A stretch of DNA of 64,000 nucleotides from the NCBI GenBank assembly GCA_030390025.1, contig CM059432.1, positions 49,354,001 to 49,418,000 on the forward strand, read 5' to 3'. Shown here one piece after another: positions 59,546-64,000 of this stretch; within the stretch, counting starts at the first letter, position 1; every line of letters begins with the position of its first letter. The notes below the pieces were generated by a model that did not search any database, was not told where the DNA came from, and saw only the letters and a program-made list of their open reading frames with translations. The position numbers and the translations under genes are program-made. This stretch comes from Squalus acanthias (taxonomy: Eukaryota).

Positions 59546-60879
59546 AAGGTAGTTCACAAAATACCGTGCAATAATCTATCTCTTTATACCCTCAAATGCT
59601 TCTTTCATCAGAAATAACTATCGAGCCCTGTGCGAATTCACTGCCGCTATCCACTTTCACCGTTTCCCTGGGCAGACTGCTCCACACACTCTTTATTCTC
59701 TGTTTAAATCTACATTTTTTGAGTTGGAGTTCATGCTCCTTGCTTACAGAATTTGTTGCTGCATCAAACAATTTCTTAGCATGCAGTTTATCTATATCTC
59801 TTCGAGTCTTAGAAAGTTTGCTAAGTTCTCCTTGATCCTTTTCACCAGTATTGACATTCCCAGTTAACAGCCTCTTCTCATAACTCAGCTGCCTGATCCC
59901 CAGTATCATTTATCCAGCACCCTTATCCCAATGACAGATTCGTAGACAACAAAAATGTAGATGTATGATCCCGTTCTCAGGATAGAGAGTTGGTTTTCAC
60001 ATTGTAAACATGGAAGTTGGTACATGAACATCTCTCTCCTGAGATCGAAAGTACAAGCAGCGGCAAATCTAAAATCAACTTTTAATTGCTGCCGTCTGTA
60101 CCCTTCCTAAAGCTTTGGTGGTCCATTGTAGTATGGTGATAAGCATATGAGGGAGCAGGGAATAGAGGGTTATGCTGATAGGAAAGACAAAAGACAGGAG
60201 GAGGCTTGAGTGGAGCATAAGTGCCAGCATTGACTGGTTGGGCCGAATGGCCTATTGCTGTGCTGTATATCCTATGTGATACTAATCCACCAGTGCCCCA
60301 AATATCTGTCTCCTATGTCTTGCAGCCCACTAGTGTTCATCTTCATCAGTCTCATCACCTTGTTTTTTCCAACATTAATCATCTACTGTACCTGATTTGA
60401 CATTGAATTCAATATTCTAACAGACCCTTCCTGGTTCAGACTCTGTGCTGCTCATAACGATTTTTCAATCTGATTGGTTAAATAGACAGAGTTGCTTGCC
60501 CTGTTCACACAGGTCCCAGATACTCTGTAGAGGGCATTGTGCTGTTTGTATAGTTGGCTGACAGGAACTTCCAGTATGGGTGAGTGCAGGTTTAACGAAC
60601 AGCGTAAAATCCAGCCCATAGACATCCTGGCTCAGAGCAGATTCAAGAGGACGCCCAGGACATGTTAGAGGCTTTAAATGGCTACCCTGCCCCAGTCTTT
60701 ACTCCTGCGCTCAGTTATTATTAATGCAGTGTGTAGTTGCCATGAGAGTTGTTAGTGTTCAAATAGATGCATATCTGATTTTGCAGAGAATAAGGGACCT
60801 TAAATGAGTTTGAGCTGCTGATTCAGATGGCATTTTACCCGAGGTTGCTTAAAGAAATAGGAGCTGAGCTACGTACACA

Positions 60880-61475
60880 AGAGCATAAGAAATAGGAGCA
60901 GGAGTAGGCCATTTGGCCCTTCGAGCCTGCTCCACCATTCATCAAGTTCATGGCTGATCTTCTACCTCATCTCCACCTTCCCGCACTATCCCCATATACC
61001 TTGATTCCCATAATATTCAAAAATCTATCGATCTCTGTCTTGAATATACTCAATGACTGAGCCTCCACAGCCCTCTGGGGTAGAGAATTCCAAAGATTCA
61101 CAATCCTTTCAGTGAAGAAATTTCTCCTCATCTCAGTCCTAAATGGCCGACCCTTTATTCTGAGACTGTGAACCCTAGTTCCAGACTTCCCAGCCAGGGG
61201 AAACGTCCTCCCTGCATCTACCCTGCCAAGCTCCTTAAGAATTTTATATGTTTCAATGAGATCACCTCTCATTTCTTCTAAATTCTAGGGAATATAGACC
61301 TTCTCTCCTCAATCTCTCCTCACAGGACAATCCCCCATCCCAGTAATCAGTCTGGTGAACCTTCGTTGCACTCCCTCTAAAGCAAGTATATCCTTCCTTA
61401 GGTAAGGAGACCAAAATTGTATTCCAGTACACAGTACTCCCGGTGCGGTCTCACCAAGGTCCTATATAATTGCAG
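60880..61475 (-). mobile_element. CR1 3' fragment
   Basis: MRGDLIETYKIL...IFKTEIDRFL, with the tail reverse complement at 60880-60920. Confidence 0.9.
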
Positions 61476-61477
61476 TG

Positions 61478-62582
61478 AGCCCCTTGCTCATATTTTCAAT
61501 AGTTCTTTGGAGTTGGGTATCATTCCGGATGACAGGAGGGAGCGTCATGTTGTACCAATATTTAAAATGATAGAACTGGGACTCTGGGATTTGTTAAAGG
61601 CAAATCGTGTTTGACTAACTTGATTGAGTTCTTTGATGAAGTAATTGAGAGGGTTGATGAGAGTAGTGTGTTTGATGTTGTGTATGTGGACTTTCAAAAG
61701 GCATTTTATAAAGTACAACATAATAAACTTGTTTGCAAAATTGAAGCCCATGGATTAAAGGGGCAGTGGCAGCGTGGATACAAAATTGGCTAAGGGACAG
61801 AAAGCAGAAAGTAGTGGTGAGCGGTTGTTTTTCACACTGGAGGGAAGTGTGCAGTGGTGTCCCCCAGGGGTCGGTGTTGGGACCACTGCTCTTTTTGATA
61901 TGTATTAATGACTGGGATTTCGATATACAGGGCATAATTTAAAAGTTTACAGATAACACGGGGGCGATTTTCCCAGCCCCAAGGAGGCTGGTTTGGAGGC
62001 GGGATATTTGGCATAATCGCAAAATGTGAGGGCGGGTTCGGAACCCGCCTCCAAGCAATTTTGCCAGAGGCGGGTTTCATGGGTGCGATTCGGTCCCGCC
62101 TCCATCAGTCGGGGGAGGTAGTTAAGACCCTTAAATAGTCGTTAAGGGCCTCTATAATCCTATTTTGACAGGCCTTTGTTATTTTGCCACATTTTGTGCA
62201 TGTTGCACGACCCTCCTAAACCACGCCAGCTAATCCTGGCGGGTTGACAAGTGGGTGGCCTCCTCACAGCTGCAGCTCCACCATTAAAACGGAGCTTTCA
62301 TCAGGGAAACATAGAAGATCGGAGCAGGAGTAGGCCATTTTTGACAGATGAAACGTCATACGCTGACGTTCTCTGTAACCGGTTTTCCCTTAATTGGCCT
62401 GCTAAGCCCGCTGGGCGGGCTTAACAAGGTCAATCAAGGGAAAATAGCGTGGGTTGGCCAGAAGTTGATGGAGGCGGGACTAAAACCCGACAAGTGGGAG
62501 TCCCGCCTCCAAAAGCTCCCCATTGGCAAAATCCAGCCCGTAGTAAACAGTGAGGTGGATAGTAACAAACTTCAGGAAGACA
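61478..62582 (+). mobile_element. Degraded CR1 RT fragment interrupted by a Harbinger-type element
   Basis: [30 protein letters not shown] and KFTDNT. Resumes at 62540 (GTAGTAAACAGTGAGG..CAGGAAGAC). Confidence 0.82.
61960..62539. mobile_element. Non-autonomous Harbinger-type element, apparently chimeric
   Basis: Termini GGGGGCGATTTT / AAAATCCAGCCC. The left arm resembles 41275-41600 and the right arm resembles 16585-16783. No TSD. Confidence 0.8.
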
Positions 62583-63479
62583 AGGGGAAAAATTCAGTTG
62601 GTTGCGCCTCCCGTTAGCGCCTTAAGAGGGCGCTAATGGGGCGCAAAGCATCTAGCGCCCAGGCGCGGCAAAGTTTGCGCCGCTCGCGAAATTAACTAGA
62701 CATTTTGCGGTGGCGCTAAACACTACCGCCACGATCTCCTGCGCCGGCAGATTGTGACGTCAGTCGAGTGCGCAATGCCCCGGTATCGCCCCGGAGCGGA
62801 TATTGAGTGGCACCCCCTGCCTTACCGCCTGACGCTAGCAACGACAGGTTGAGGGGAGCGTTCTGCAGTCATGAAGGGAAAGGGGGAGCACTATTTAAAG
62901 GTGACCGCTTCCTGCCTTTTATTGTTGGTGCCATTTTTGAATTACGCATTCCGAGAGAGAGAGAGAGAGAGAGACTTCTGGAGAGATTCAACGTTGTGTG
63001 AAGGAGTTTTGGGTACTGAGCAGCACTTTGCAGGTTCATTTTGATTTGCCATTCCTTGTATCGATTTAGAAGAGACTGTGGGGGCTGCACTCGGAGCTCT
63101 TTGCCTGGTACTCTCCATCGTTCTTTCCAGCAGATTTGATGTGCAGGTCTCTCCAGGCCGAGATTCAAGGCTGCAATGAGCAGGATGTGGATGGAAAGCA
63201 AGATCAACCATCCCCTTTAAGAACTGGCCCGTGCCATTGTGTGTGTGTTCCATTGCTGACTGACATTACATGAGCTTCGCCAGCGCTCTGAGGTAGCGCC
63301 TCGCTCCTCGGCCTTTGCGCCTTAAGACAGGTGTGAAGCGCCTGATTTAGCGCTCCAATCACCTCCAGGGGCGATAAAAGTCAAGTTTGCAGTCGGTGGC
63401 GATAATTAGCGCCAGGCGCTAATCTTTGCGCCCGGCCGATAATTGCGCCCCAAATGGGGCGATACTGAATTTCTCACCC
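62583..63479 (-). mobile_element. 897-bp deletion derivative of the 42962-47051 Harbinger family, reverse orientation
   Basis: Reverse-complement homolog of 39102-39969. TIR AGGGGAAAAATTCAGT / ACTGAATTTCTCACCC. Confidence 0.93.
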
Positions 63480-63482
63480 ATA

Positions 63483-63892
63483 GAGTGGACCTGAGCGGCA
63501 GCGAGAAGAGGAGCGGCGGCATAAATACAGCAGGAGAGAAGGCCTCAGGTACAGCGGACCTGAGCGGTAGCACATTCGAATTCAAAAACAACAAAAAAAT
63601 CAAGGAGTGACATCATGGGCCAGCAGGTTGGTGACTGGTTGGTGAGTATTACAGCTCTTTTGCTCTCTAGGTTAAGTAAGTGGATTAAATTCAGAACTAG
63701 GAGAGTATTAACTATTATAACTTTATTGAACTAATAATTTAAACTAAATTAACTAATTCAAATTAAAAATTAAAACTAAAATAATCATTTGAATAAAATC
63801 TGTAATTAATGATATAAATAAAATAATGTTAGATAGAGATGGCAGTGCAGGTGGTGTGTCGTAACTGCAGCATGTGGGAGTCGGTGGAGTCA
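63483..63892 (+). mobile_element. Probable CR1 5' UTR and ORF1 start
   Basis: ATG 63839 gives MAVQVVCRNCSMWE, the CxxCxMW zinc-finger start typical of CR1 ORF1p, preceded by an AT-rich leader. Confidence 0.6.
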
Positions 63893-64000
63893 GTGCATTC
63901 CAAATTCTAACTCGCTGCGTAATTTTTTTTTTCTTATGTCGCCTCTGGTTCTTTTGTCAATCACCTTAAAACTGTGTCCTCTGCTTTTCGACCCCTTTGT

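Noticed and set aside
60445..60617. Solo AAAATCCAGCCC terminus
   Set aside because: No partner TIR found, so the extent is undefined.

Overview
Eukaryotic, repeat-dense intronic or intergenic DNA. The mix of CR1, L2, Penelope and PIF/Harbinger elements suggests a cartilaginous fish (inference). I could not support any host protein-coding exon, rRNA, tRNA gene or CRISPR array. Main features: (i) a 4.09-kb, structurally complete two-gene PIF/Harbinger transposon (42962-47051). It has TIRs, a TAA target-site duplication, a spliced Myb/SANT gene on + and a convergent DDE transposase on -, sits inside a CR1 LINE, and carries a few identifiable disabling lesions. (ii) More than a dozen degraded or non-autonomous Harbinger-type elements with 3-bp TSDs. 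Two are deletion derivatives sharing one breakpoint, two retain in-frame N-to-C mini-transposase ORFs, and several carry hairpin arrays (one pair with compensatory base changes), promoter motifs and inward-facing splice donors. (iii) A young CR1 with an uninterrupted 980-aa ORF2 and a duplicated 3' recognition module. (iv) A Penelope-type insert with a 13-bp TSD and a minimal hammerhead-ribozyme motif. (v) hAT-like and pogo/Tigger-like non-autonomous elements, L2, SINEs, multi-layer nested insertions and a 1-kb polypurine tract. Boundaries of old LINE fragments are approximate, and family names come from motif recognition, not database searches.
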